DNA of 64,000 nt from a virus. The position numbers and the translations under genes are program-made. Numbering within the stretch: the first letter of the stretch is position 1; each line of letters begins with the position of its first letter. This document shows positions 47,314-56,953 of the stretch, piece after piece. The stretch lies in the IMG/VR virus record IMGVR_UViG_3300049617_000144, positions 6,562-70,561 of that record, one strand, 5' to 3'. The notes below the pieces were generated by a model. That model searched no databases and was not told the origin of the DNA. It worked only from the letters and a program-made list of their open reading frames with translations.

Positions 47314-47361
47314 AAAACCCCGAACAGCGGAACTAACGTTCTGCGTTCGGGGTTTTCTTTT
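47314..47361 (+). terminator. Intrinsic terminator
   Basis: AAAACCCCGAAC...GTTCGGGGTTTTCTTTT. Confidence 0.8.
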
Positions 47362-47364
47362 CAT

Positions 47365-48273
47365 TCACGCTTTCATATCGTCTTGCGACAAAAACGAAAA
47401 ATACTGCACATGATTGTACCTTAGATCTATTTCGCAGTATTTGTCGTTTTTGTTGAAATAATTTGCCCAGAGATTTTCTAATTTCCAAGCCTCACAAAGC
47501 TTGCCGCTATCGTCATAAAGCCTGATGAGTCCGGTAGCGGTAGTCTCCTCTTTGGCCGAGTTGATTAGCTTCAAGAATGCTTCCGAGTGTGGAAGATCAG
47601 AATTGTTGATGAACATTTTCATCGTCTGCCATTTGTACTTGCCAGCCACGAATAATTTTCCGTGCAGGAAATCAATTTCAGTTTCATCTATGTCAACTCT
47701 TGGCCGTCGTGGAATTTCCACATCAATCTCTTCCTTAGCCCCTTCTAGCAGGAATCGCCATTTGTATTTGCAAGGTTCAAGGAAGAACTGGCGGGAAGCC
47801 ACTTGGTATTCCATTACTATTTCCTGCAACACCTCTTCCGAAGAAGCCATGTCAAAATCCAACTCCCTGCTAGCCAATTTCAAGCCGCTGAATGTGTATG
47901 CATAGAGTCCTTTCCCGCAACCATCCCACACTGTCAATTTAATAGTTTCATCAGGCCAGCGGCCATCTTCCATACTTTTTGCCCACAGTTCAATAGGCGA
48001 ATCGCTACCTTGTTGTCCTTTATAGGCTTGTTCAGGGGCCTCTACCAATTCATAAGCCTTGATAAAAAGCTGCTTTTTTGCTAAATTTACATGAGCCGCC
48101 TTAATAACCCAATCTGGAATATTAGGCCCTTCCAAACTGAATCTGAACTTTCTAACAAAAATCATATTTTGACACCCTAGTTTCCCAAGACCCATTGGCC
48201 GCTCTGGAATTTCCAACGACGGCACAGGTTTCTGGACGGGCGTAGAGTATCCCCGTTCGCATTTTTCTCGCAT
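47365..48273 (-). CDS. Protein with two tandem T4 gp19 tail-tube-like domains
   Basis: RKFRF...L...DGCG....Y...LDFD..S; then KWRF...RP.VDIDETEIDFLHGK..VAGK.KW...LYD..G...E.W.L...LRY. Confidence 0.6.
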   Translation of the reverse strand: MREKCERGYSTPVQKPVPSLEIPERPMGLGKLGCQNMIFVRKFRFSLEGPNIPDWVIKAAHVNLAKKQLFIKAYELVEAPEQAYKGQQGSDSPIELWAKSMEDGRWPDETIKLTVWDGCGKGLYAYTFSGLKLASRELDFDMASSEEVLQEIVMEYQVASRQFFLEPCKYKWRFLLEGAKEEIDVEIPRRPRVDIDETEIDFLHGKLFVAGKYKWQTMKMFINNSDLPHSEAFLKLINSAKEETTATGLIRLYDDSGKLCEAWKLENLWANYFNKNDKYCEIDLRYNHVQYFSFLSQDDMKA

Positions 48274-48365
48274 AGATTATCCTTTGGATTAAAAAAAGAA
48301 ATGTAATCTAATGATAGTGTTGGTTTAGAAATTCTCAAAAAAAACAATAGCTTATGCAACAAGAA

Positions 48366-50840
48366 TTAAAAGTTGATTTGCTCCATGATATTCACTTCAT
48401 GTTTTTCCTTCTTTAGTATTTGGATTCGTTCCCAAGAATGATCCTCAAGATATTCATTGATACGGAAAATGAAGTCGTAATAATGCAGGACTGACTTATC
48501 ATCGCACGTTCGCAGTCCTCGGCCCATTCCTTGAATAACGTCATGTTCTGCTTTGCCGCCCCCGGCGTTTATCAAATTGTGAAGGAATACGTTGATGCCA
48601 GCAGAGAAGATGCCTTTGGTAGCGATAGCAACCACGTTCCCAGTAGCCTCTGTCAATTGCTTGATGACATGGGATCGAGAATCTTCATTGTCCTTTCCTT
48701 GGACCCATAAAGAGCCTGGGATCAGGTTATTTAAGGTGTCGCCGTGAGCTAGGCGTTCAACTAATATGAGCGTTCGACCAGTCAGTTTCTTGGTCAGACG
48801 AGCTACCATTTGATGGAAATGCCAGTTCTGAGCAATCCCATTAGTCACAGCATCGATATAGATGTCATGAGGGATCTGTGGCTCGTCCACATAATAGAAA
48901 AAGCACTTTGATGGCGACAAGTCATGTCGTTCCTCTTGCAGGAAATTAGTCGTTAGCTTGCCGCTCTCAGTAACGCTGGTGAGCAGGATTGGACCAAAAA
49001 ACCCTTTTACGCCATATTTGTGAACGAGATCAGTGCCGCCGTGCTTGAATGGTGTGGCACTTAAGCCTATACGGACCTCACAGCCGGTTAGTTTTTTGTA
49101 GATCTTCATGGCAGTGGGGTTCATCATCATATGAACTTCATCCACGATCAATGCTCGAAACATAGTCAGTAGTTTGCCTAATTTCATGGCAGATTGGGAT
49201 GTTGCACAGGTAATCAAGTTCGGCTCATGCACATCTCCATCGAATCTTCCAACTCTATCAAAGCCCCACCCCATGATCTCTTTATAGTTTTGCAAGACTA
49301 ACCCTTTGCGATTACAAAGAAATAGGATTGGCGTATTGGGCGGCAGGGCTTTCATGATGCCGATGAGAATGTAAGTGTTATGCGTCACTACAAAATTATC
49401 AGTCATGTATAAATGATCTGGATGATCTACCATGATACATTGACATTCTTTTTTATCTATATATTCAACGTGCGATATGGTCTTATTTTTGTTCCAGACT
49501 CTTGTCAATTTACATCTGGATATTTTCCATTTTATCTTAAATGGTATAAGACCTTCTGGTAAACTAACGCTAATTTGATATGCTTTTTTCCCAAGCTTTT
49601 TTTTGCCTTTATAAGTGAAGTGTTTTAATTTCTCTTTAGTACGTGATGTGCCACCAAGTGAACGTATAAGCCAACTAATGTTTTCTGCAAGAACTAACGA
49701 AGTTGTCGTATATGATAAATGTCCCTTTTTTGAAACGGAACCATCTGTATCCATAAGTCCCTGCAACAAAGCCAAACGAGACTCATAGCTGTTGATTAGG
49801 TAAATGCGTGGTATGAATTTTTCATGTGATTTTTTCCCAGCAAGTCCAAGATTCTTGATGATTGAGTAGTAGTAATTGGGTGATCCTCCACGGCCATACT
49901 TCCCTTTAGTTATTCGATAATCACACGGATGTGTTTTACTTCTCTTTAGTTCATATCCAGGTTCTAGTTTGTTAATTATTTCAGTAAGAATGTCAGATTC
50001 TATCGAACTCACGCCCATTCCGTGCTTTATTCTAAAGCACCCATCTCCTAACAACACGCCAAAAAAATATGAATCTAGTGGCGTTTGACATGCTTTGAAA
50101 TCGATCCGCTTTGGCATGCTAATATTAAATCGCTTTGCTCCATTAGGACATAAAAAACGAGCATGAATTTCTTTTGCAGAAATTACTTTTTCGCACCATC
50201 CGTCATATGTTGCATTGACCTTCCACAAATGATCTTCACAACATTCAACTTGATCTCCGTCTGAAAAAGTTATTTTGATAATCGGTTTCAAACCTTGTGG
50301 AAAAACTCCAGTTATTTTAGCAAAACCACCAGATGGCACACATACTAAATCTCCGATTGTAATATCACCCATGCGACGAAACCCACTAGGTGTAGCCACT
50401 AGCGAATCTAAAGGTTGAGCTTTCCCAGATGCGGTGGGGCTTTGGATAATACCCCGGTGGTATTTGATGACTTGATTGATGAAGTCAGCCTGGAAGTCCT
50501 TTAGAACGACAGGTTTGTTTTTTGGATTAGGAAACGGTTTAAGAAAGTCGGTATCTACTTTTTCGTATTGGAACTTGACTGGAGACCTCTCATCCAGAAG
50601 GGTGTAAGGGTAGCCCCACGTATAAAGAGCCAGTTTGACCTCTGGAAGAAGTCCAGTGAGGAACTTGCCAGAGTTTTCATTGAAGAAGTTAATGAAACCG
50701 TCCCACTTCTTTTGCTTGTAAAGCCTGGAGTGGAAGTACCCAGGTTTGCGAAATCTCAAAGATTGGTATAGTTTTGTGAATAACTCAGTGTCGTTACTCT
50801 GTAAATAGCTGAAGTCGTTTTTAACTTTGATTAAATTCAT
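48366..50840 (-). CDS. uvsW: UvsW-like SF2 helicase interrupted by an intein
   Basis: WDG, SPTASGK|intein|T, DEVH, GLSATP, FSAGIN, IQGMGRGLR. Confidence 0.9.
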   Translation of the reverse strand: MNLIKVKNDFSYLQSNDTELFTKLYQSLRFRKPGYFHSRLYKQKKWDGFINFFNENSGKFLTGLLPEVKLALYTWGYPYTLLDERSPVKFQYEKVDTDFLKPFPNPKNKPVVLKDFQADFINQVIKYHRGIIQSPTASGKAQPLDSLVATPSGFRRMGDITIGDLVCVPSGGFAKITGVFPQGLKPIIKITFSDGDQVECCEDHLWKVNATYDGWCEKVISAKEIHARFLCPNGAKRFNISMPKRIDFKACQTPLDSYFFGVLLGDGCFRIKHGMGVSSIESDILTEIINKLEPGYELKRSKTHPCDYRITKGKYGRGGSPNYYYSIIKNLGLAGKKSHEKFIPRIYLINSYESRLALLQGLMDTDGSVSKKGHLSYTTTSLVLAENISWLIRSLGGTSRTKEKLKHFTYKGKKKLGKKAYQISVSLPEGLIPFKIKWKISRCKLTRVWNKNKTISHVEYIDKKECQCIMVDHPDHLYMTDNFVVTHNTYILIGIMKALPPNTPILFLCNRKGLVLQNYKEIMGWGFDRVGRFDGDVHEPNLITCATSQSAMKLGKLLTMFRALIVDEVHMMMNPTAMKIYKKLTGCEVRIGLSATPFKHGGTDLVHKYGVKGFFGPILLTSVTESGKLTTNFLQEERHDLSPSKCFFYYVDEPQIPHDIYIDAVTNGIAQNWHFHQMVARLTKKLTGRTLILVERLAHGDTLNNLIPGSLWVQGKDNEDSRSHVIKQLTEATGNVVAIATKGIFSAGINVFLHNLINAGGGKAEHDVIQGMGRGLRTCDDKSVLHYYDFIFRINEYLEDHSWERIQILKKEKHEVNIMEQINF
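49377..50420 (-). mobile_element. Intein (348 aa, Ala-start, class 3 signature) with LAGLIDADG endonuclease
   Basis: GK/AQPLDS...EDHLW...GVLLGDG...LLQGLMDTDG...ECQCI...VVTHN/T. Confidence 0.92.
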
Positions 50841-50894
50841 ATATACAAGATAATAATTCAGGACAAAACAAGCAATATTGAATGCAGGAGAAAT

Positions 50895-51614
50895 ATGTTG
50901 TTCGAAGACTTTATCAGGAAAAAAGAACTTGAAGAATACAACAAAGCTATTGAAAAATCAAGCGAGAGTTATGCCGATGAATTCAAAGTTTTGGGAGAAG
51001 TCAATGACTGGCCAATATATCATATCACTTTGAATCCCAAGGGTATAAAAAGAGTATTCTTTGTTGCAGGCATTCATGGCAATGAGTCTGGTGGGCCTTA
51101 TGGCATCTTGGAATTCATGAAACAAGGCATGAGGATTCCAAAAGACACCAAGGTGGAAATTATCCCTTTAGTCAATCCTACTGGGTTTATTAATAAAACC
51201 CGTGAAAACGAAAATGGCGTAGATGTTGACCGCCAGTTTTACGAAAGTAACCTCCCTTCTGAATGTAAATTTGTCTGGGATCGCATTTGCAAGTCGGGAA
51301 TAGAATATCTTCACACCCTGCGTGAAGATCCAGACGTTAGCAACTTTTGCATTTACTACACCCATCATCATAACTTGGCCAAGGGGCTTAGAGACAATGT
51401 GGCCAAAAAGTATTTTTCCATTCTTGAAAGCAATGAGTTTCACAATGATGGGCTTATCTCTCTGCCACACACCAAACACAACACTATAGAGGATAGGGTC
51501 TTGGAAGAGCTTGGAGTTCCTTACATGATTACCGAGACTCCAGGAAATGGCTTGTTGAGAACCAGGGCTATTTGCAATAGAGACATTATCAAATATGTAA
51601 TTCACAATCTGTAA
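50895..51614 (+). CDS. M14 zinc carboxypeptidase / desuccinylase-like protein
   Basis: AGIHGNE, PLVNPTG, REN..GVD.DR.F, ETP; third Zn ligand region reads LRED. Confidence 0.75.
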   Translation: MLFEDFIRKKELEEYNKAIEKSSESYADEFKVLGEVNDWPIYHITLNPKGIKRVFFVAGIHGNESGGPYGILEFMKQGMRIPKDTKVEIIPLVNPTGFINKTRENENGVDVDRQFYESNLPSECKFVWDRICKSGIEYLHTLREDPDVSNFCIYYTHHHNLAKGLRDNVAKKYFSILESNEFHNDGLISLPHTKHNTIEDRVLEELGVPYMITETPGNGLLRTRAICNRDIIKYVIHNL

Positions 51615-51650
51615 GCATAGATACTGTTGTCATTTCAAAAGGAGATATCT

Positions 51651-52418
51651 ATGCGTAAGATTAAAAAGTATGGTTGGAAGCCGGATCTGCCGAATATTCA
51701 TGATAAGTATTTTCATGATCATTTTTGCATGGCAGCAGCAGCAGCAGCCCCTTCGGCCAAAAGTCTAGTTCCCATGTGCCCTAACGTTTACGATCAAGGT
51801 CAATTAGGATCTTGCACGGCCAATGCTATCAGCGGCCTGGCACAATTCTTGATGATGAAGGGTGGAGGACATGCTTATCGGCCTTCCAGGCTTGATGTTT
51901 ACTACTGGGAGCGTCAAGTAGAAGGAACCATCAGCACGGATTCTGGTGCCCAAATCAGTGATGGTATACAGGTAGTATCGACCCAGGGCTTGCCACCTGA
52001 GTTCATGGATCAGTATAACATTGCTAATTTCACTAACGCACCATCAAGAGCAGCAGTTGCTTATGGGGCTCCTCATAAACTAGGAAACGCTTATCGTGTC
52101 AACCAAGATATTGACGAGGTTCATACTGTCATAGGCGTAAATGGTCTTCCGATTGTGTTCGGTTTTACTGTATATGAGAGCTTTGAAAGTGATGCAGTGG
52201 CATCCACGGGTATGGTTCCTATGCCTGGACCCAACGAACAAGTTGTTGGTGGTCACGCAGTTGTTGCAGTTGGCTACAACGATTCGAAGAAATTGGTAAC
52301 TGTCAGAAATTCTTGGGGTTCAAGCTGGGGGGTTAATGGCTATTGCTATTTCCCTTATGAATATTTCCTAAGCACTTCTTTAGTAAGTGACCTTTGGACA
52401 GCAACCTCTGTGAGTTGA
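51651..52418 (+). CDS. Papain-family (C1) cysteine protease
   Basis: YGWKPD, DQGQLGSCTANA, GGHAV.AVGY, RNSWG..WG..GY; SD AAGGAG. Confidence 0.93.
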   Translation: MRKIKKYGWKPDLPNIHDKYFHDHFCMAAAAAAPSAKSLVPMCPNVYDQGQLGSCTANAISGLAQFLMMKGGGHAYRPSRLDVYYWERQVEGTISTDSGAQISDGIQVVSTQGLPPEFMDQYNIANFTNAPSRAAVAYGAPHKLGNAYRVNQDIDEVHTVIGVNGLPIVFGFTVYESFESDAVASTGMVPMPGPNEQVVGGHAVVAVGYNDSKKLVTVRNSWGSSWGVNGYCYFPYEYFLSTSLVSDLWTATSVS

Positions 52419-52420
52419 AC

Positions 52421-52963
52421 ATGCAGACGTTTAAGGAGTTTTTACAACAACCGGACATGTCCATTACTCCCCATCCCGTTTATGAAAATTACGGGATGGT
52501 GAGTACTATGGGACTCATTACTGCATTTAATCCAAAAGGCGTGCAGCAATCTTATCGTGCGAACTACGACTCCAACAGTAAGCTTTTGCAAGACATCGAA
52601 TCTTTAGGGTGTGGAGTGACCATGACGCCTGGTATGTACGCCGGGCATCAAGAAGAATCATTTCTGATCACCAATATCACCGAATCGGATCTGTTAGGCT
52701 TGGCTTACAAACATCATCAAGAATCAGTGATATGGGGTTATTTAAGACACGCAGAAAGTAGTTTCTTCGTTTTGCTTTATTTGCAAATGGGCAAAGTCAT
52801 TGGTCAACGCCGGATGGAAGTTGACGAACGACTGGTACAAAACAAAGAGGCTTTTTTCGCCGCCTTCAAGACAGGAAGGCTTACGCTCCCCGACTTCAAA
52901 CCAACGAAAAAAGTCATCAAACCTGCCGAACAGCCAGAAGACACTCCATCTTTTGACAGTTAG
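52421..52963 (+). CDS. DUF3293-like protein with capsid-targeting-like N-terminus
   Basis: MQTFKEFLQ; ITAFNP, N..L, EESFLI, QESV. Confidence 0.6.
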   Translation: MQTFKEFLQQPDMSITPHPVYENYGMVSTMGLITAFNPKGVQQSYRANYDSNSKLLQDIESLGCGVTMTPGMYAGHQEESFLITNITESDLLGLAYKHHQESVIWGYLRHAESSFFVLLYLQMGKVIGQRRMEVDERLVQNKEAFFAAFKTGRLTLPDFKPTKKVIKPAEQPEDTPSFDS

Positions 52964-53568
52964 TCGCCAGTAGCTTCAATCCACGCTCGCAACAATCTCA
53001 ATACATCTTGAGCATCTTCGAGGGCAGTATGCTTAGCTTTGCTAAGTTTGTCCCCGGTGAATCTTTCCAGACAAACATCTAACGAAGGCGGCTCGGTGTC
53101 ACGTATTAGATTGGTATAAAGCATCGTAGGATCAACAGACCTGTGATGCCATTTGTGAGGAGTTGAAGTTGAAAGCGGATCTGGCCATTCATAACCACGC
53201 AATTTTTCCAGAAACTTCTGATCAAATCCTTGAAAGTTCTTGCCAGCAACGATGATTTTTGGACCATATTTAATCTCTTCTAACCACCCATGAAATTCAA
53301 GCATCAAAGTGCTGGAATCACTCCACACGTCAGGATTTCCTTCTTCCTTTCCAAACCTAGCACGTTTCTCAAAGTAACCGGCGTGCATATTGATTGCATA
53401 TGGCTCGCCCTGATAACGTTCATGCCAAACGTAGCGATGAAAAGTTGGAAGTTTTTCTATAGGCGTGGAAAAGCATGAGAAGTCATCGCATATTGCCGCA
53501 AACTCGATCACTTGACAATATTCAGGGTCCAGGCCGGTGGTTTCAATATCGATTGAAATTACTTTCAT
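52960..53568 (-). CDS. DEDDh 3'-5' exonuclease
   Basis: SIDIETTGLD, GKN..FD..FL, HTALEDA. Confidence 0.9.
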   Translation of the reverse strand: MKVISIDIETTGLDPEYCQVIEFAAICDDFSCFSTPIEKLPTFHRYVWHERYQGEPYAINMHAGYFEKRARFGKEEGNPDVWSDSSTLMLEFHGWLEEIKYGPKIIVAGKNFQGFDQKFLEKLRGYEWPDPLSTSTPHKWHHRSVDPTMLYTNLIRDTEPPSLDVCLERFTGDKLSKAKHTALEDAQDVLRLLRAWIEATGD

Positions 53569-53755
53569 GATACCTCCTTGTAAGGGATATATAACACATG
53601 GACATAAGTAACGAAGAACGGTTAAAACGTCAAGAACTGCTTCAGTTACTCAAACGTAAGTTGGAGTTAACTGAAATGCAGACTCAAGAACTAGCAAAAG
53701 TTGCTGAGGAGATTAGTTGTAAAATACTTACTCCAGTAAAGCCAGGAGCAAATAA

Positions 53756-54289
53756 ATGAAGTTCGTGGAATGGCTCACAGAGCAGGAACAACAAGAGATG
53801 CCTGATGCCAAGGATTTTGAAATCATAGGATGCGTCTTACATCTGGCTAGCCAAAAAGATATTGTCAGGGCTGCCCAGGAGTTCATGCAACAAACAACTT
53901 CAAGTCTTATTCCAAAGCATTGGACCGGATATGCTCACCATATGACGGTAAAATATATGCCGAACATTTCTGATATGAGGATGTATGAAAAGCAATTTGG
54001 TAAACCTTTCCTGATTGAAATTGAAGCTTTTGCTGCCGACGATAAATGCATAGCGGCGGCTGTCAAGAGTCCTGTGCATACTGATAGGCCAATACCGCAC
54101 ATCACCATAGCAACATCTCCAGAGATTAACCCTGTTTATAGCAATGATTTGCTTAGGGATCGTTCTAAATGGAAGAGGTTTGTTGGGGGTAACAAACTGT
54201 ACAGTTACTTATTGGCTGTAAAGCCTGATAAATTCACAGTTTGGCCGACGACGCCAGGAGAACTGGCCAGGCCAACATTTGTCATTTGA
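53756..54289 (+). CDS. 2H phosphoesterase (2',3'-cyclic phosphodiesterase-like)
   Basis: HHMT and PHITIA twin HxT motifs, P..SN.L; N-terminus MKFVEWLTE. Confidence 0.8.
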   Translation: MKFVEWLTEQEQQEMPDAKDFEIIGCVLHLASQKDIVRAAQEFMQQTTSSLIPKHWTGYAHHMTVKYMPNISDMRMYEKQFGKPFLIEIEAFAADDKCIAAAVKSPVHTDRPIPHITIATSPEINPVYSNDLLRDRSKWKRFVGGNKLYSYLLAVKPDKFTVWPTTPGELARPTFVI

Positions 54290-55184
54290 TTATGCTGGCG
54301 TGCTTGATTAGACTGGTGTATCGTTTGATACCATCAGTTGGCTGGGTTTTTACTTTATGGCCAAGATTCTCAGATTTGCTCATATCACAAACTGTTAATT
54401 CCTGGTAAGCACTGCTGATGTTGTTGTCAATGTAGTCTATTTCAAGGTCTGAATTCATTTCCTCTTTGATGGCCTTGAAAACGTCATTGAAAGATAGGGC
54501 ATAGCCTGAACCGCCATTAAAAACACCACTTACTTTAGCCTCCGCAGCTAGCAAATTGAGGTTTACAACATCCTCAACGTCAACCCAATCTCTTGCCTGT
54601 TGGCCATATTTGAACAGCCTGGGCTTTTCTTTTGCCATAGTCTTCTTGATCATTTGATAAATCATCGAACTGGCGTGGCCTTTATGCCACTCCCCAGCCC
54701 CGTACACGTTACTATACCTTAAACCAGTAATGCTTACGTTGCTATCAAGGAGACCTGGAGCCAACAAATCTAGGGCTAATTTGGACTCGGCATATACATT
54801 TAGAGGACAGAATGGACCTTTTTCTTTGAATGGCGGCTCCACATTGCCATAAACAGCACAACTGGAGGCGTAAACAATAGTCTTACATCCTGCCTTGATG
54901 GCTGCCTCAAAAAGCTGCATTGAATGATATGTGTTCACATTAAACATCTTTTGACGATCATTCACTAAGGTATCAGTAATTGCCGCCTGATGAAAAACAG
55001 TATCTATTTTAGGAAGGTTGTCAAAGTCAATATCGTTAAAGTCTGTGCCGATAAAAGTAGCTTGAACTTTGTTCTCACCTTGTATTTTGCCGGTGTAATA
55101 AACCCAATGACCTAATTGTACTAGCCTTTTAACCAAATTACTGCCGATGAAGCCAGACCCGCCAGTTACTAAAAAATTACCCAT
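54282..55184 (-). CDS. NAD-dependent epimerase, ADP-L-glycero-D-manno-heptose 6-epimerase-like
   Basis: VTGGSGFIGS, FHQAAITDT, YASS.AVYG, PLNVY..SK, GLRY.NVYG.GE.HKG..SSM, RDW. Confidence 0.85.
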   Translation of the reverse strand: MGNFLVTGGSGFIGSNLVKRLVQLGHWVYYTGKIQGENKVQATFIGTDFNDIDFDNLPKIDTVFHQAAITDTLVNDRQKMFNVNTYHSMQLFEAAIKAGCKTIVYASSCAVYGNVEPPFKEKGPFCPLNVYAESKLALDLLAPGLLDSNVSITGLRYSNVYGAGEWHKGHASSMIYQMIKKTMAKEKPRLFKYGQQARDWVDVEDVVNLNLLAAEAKVSGVFNGGSGYALSFNDVFKAIKEEMNSDLEIDYIDNNISSAYQELTVCDMSKSENLGHKVKTQPTDGIKRYTSLIKHASIIK

Positions 55185-55224
55185 TTGTGTCCTTTATTTT
55201 TTTACCAATCTCTATATACACATT

Positions 55225-55902
55225 ATGAATCCAGTTGTAAAAAAATATCAAGATGGAATGGATGAAATTATTGGGAAATACCCACATGTGCCGTTTGGAG
55301 AATTGAATTATGTATTCAAGTATGGCATTCTCTATCAAAGAGACATGACCATATCAGTATCTTATGACGAGGGATATTTTCAACACTATGTTGAACTTGA
55401 AGATAGTGAGATTGCCATTAAGCTTAACAAAGGGCGGGTGGCTTTGAGTCATAAATACTGTGACTGTTTGTTGGATATTGGTATTGGTTCCGGTGAATTC
55501 ATCATGAAATCTACAGCCAAAATGTATGGCTTTGACATTAATCCAGTTGGGGTCGTGTGGCTAAAGAATCGATACCTGTGGGCCGATCCTTATGATAACA
55601 TTCCAGCAGATGTAGAAGGAATTACGTTGTGGGACACTATGGAACATATCCCAGAGCCAACCAAGTTGATGAAGCAGGTTCGCTCTGGCATGTATGTCTT
55701 TATTTCTTTGCCTATTGTCGAGAATTTGATGAAAGTCAGGCAAAGCAAGCATTTCAAGGAAAATGAGCATTATTATTATTGGTCGGTTCCAGGAATGATC
55801 GCTTATATGAATGATGTAGGGTTTGATTTTGTAGAAATAAGCGATCATGAAACTACTGTTGGCAGAGAAAATATCCTTTCCTTTGTCTTCATAAAACGGT
55901 AA
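55225..55902 (+). CDS. Class I SAM-dependent methyltransferase
   Basis: LLDIGIGSGEF, GFDIN, WDTMEHI.EP, EH. Confidence 0.8.
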   Translation: MNPVVKKYQDGMDEIIGKYPHVPFGELNYVFKYGILYQRDMTISVSYDEGYFQHYVELEDSEIAIKLNKGRVALSHKYCDCLLDIGIGSGEFIMKSTAKMYGFDINPVGVVWLKNRYLWADPYDNIPADVEGITLWDTMEHIPEPTKLMKQVRSGMYVFISLPIVENLMKVRQSKHFKENEHYYYWSVPGMIAYMNDVGFDFVEISDHETTVGRENILSFVFIKR

Positions 55903-55910
55903 AATAACTG

Positions 55911-56675
55911 ATGATTGAAATAGTTAACATTATCGACTGGAAGGATAAGCAGGGAATATACCTTATTAAAAACGTCTTGAACAACAAGGCTTATGTTGGA
56001 GGGAGTATTTTCGCTACGGACGGCATACGAACCACACGGTCTATTCATATCCGACTTCGAGAACATTTGTATGACTTGAACAAAGGGAAACATGCGAATC
56101 GCCATCTTCAAGCGGCTTGGAACAAGTACGGTACTAACAACTTCAAGATGTATATTCTTGAACTCGTTGATGGTGATGTTTTGGTTGCCGAACAACGGTG
56201 GATTAAAGAACTGCAAGTCTGTAACCCAGAATTTGGATATAATATCTGCTTAGTAGCAGGATCGCCATTCGCAGGGAGAACGCATACCGAAGAAACCAAA
56301 GAAAAACTTCGAATGCTTAGCACTGGCAGAAAACACTCTGAAGAATCTCGAAAAAAAATGAGTCAATGGCAAATTGGCAAAGTGCTAAGCGAAGAAACTA
56401 AGCATAAAATCAGCATGTCAGAAAAAGGGAAAGTAATTCCCAATGAACTACGTCAACGATGGTCTAAAGCAAGAAAAGGTATCCCAAAATCCGAAACATT
56501 CAAAAAAATTATGAGCATGTCGGCTCGGACTCGCAAGCTCAACAAAGAGGACGTATTAACTATTAGAAAACGATTGGCGGCAGGACAATTAGCATCAGTC
56601 TTAGCCAGTGAGTATAATGTCACAATTCAGAATATTGCCGCCATTCAGGCTCGTCGCACATGGAAATACATTTAG
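55911..56675 (+). CDS. GIY-YIG homing endonuclease with NUMOD3 repeats
   Basis: GIYLI...YVG, R...H, HTEETKEK / HSEESRKK repeats, C-terminal HTH. Confidence 0.88.
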   Translation: MIEIVNIIDWKDKQGIYLIKNVLNNKAYVGGSIFATDGIRTTRSIHIRLREHLYDLNKGKHANRHLQAAWNKYGTNNFKMYILELVDGDVLVAEQRWIKELQVCNPEFGYNICLVAGSPFAGRTHTEETKEKLRMLSTGRKHSEESRKKMSQWQIGKVLSEETKHKISMSEKGKVIPNELRQRWSKARKGIPKSETFKKIMSMSARTRKLNKEDVLTIRKRLAAGQLASVLASEYNVTIQNIAAIQARRTWKYI

Positions 56676-56756
56676 GATGTATGGAAATGTGTCTTGACTA
56701 AAAAGTAATTTTTTCTTAGAACTACAAAAGAAGAAGTTTATTTACGGAGACGGAAA

Positions 56757-56945
56757 ATGAGTTATCAACATCCTGCTATGGGATTTTTTCAATTTATATT
56801 TGCAATCTACACTGTATATTGTTTTCTTTTCCCTATTTGGATGCCAATCCTGTTATACAGGATACTCCGCAACCAACACTTTCTTCGTGAAGAGTTACTA
56901 AACAAAGACAATACGCTGAAAAAGTCAGATGTCGGAAAACTTTAA
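56757..56945 (+). CDS. Small membrane protein
   Basis: Single hydrophobic segment. Confidence 0.5.
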   Translation: MSYQHPAMGFFQFIFAIYTVYCFLFPIWMPILLYRILRNQHFLREELLNKDNTLKKSDVGKL

Positions 56946-56953
56946 TTTCATGA

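Noticed and set aside
51731-51748. GCA trinucleotide run
   Set aside because: Short poly-Ala linker in the C1 protease; no evidence of phase variation.
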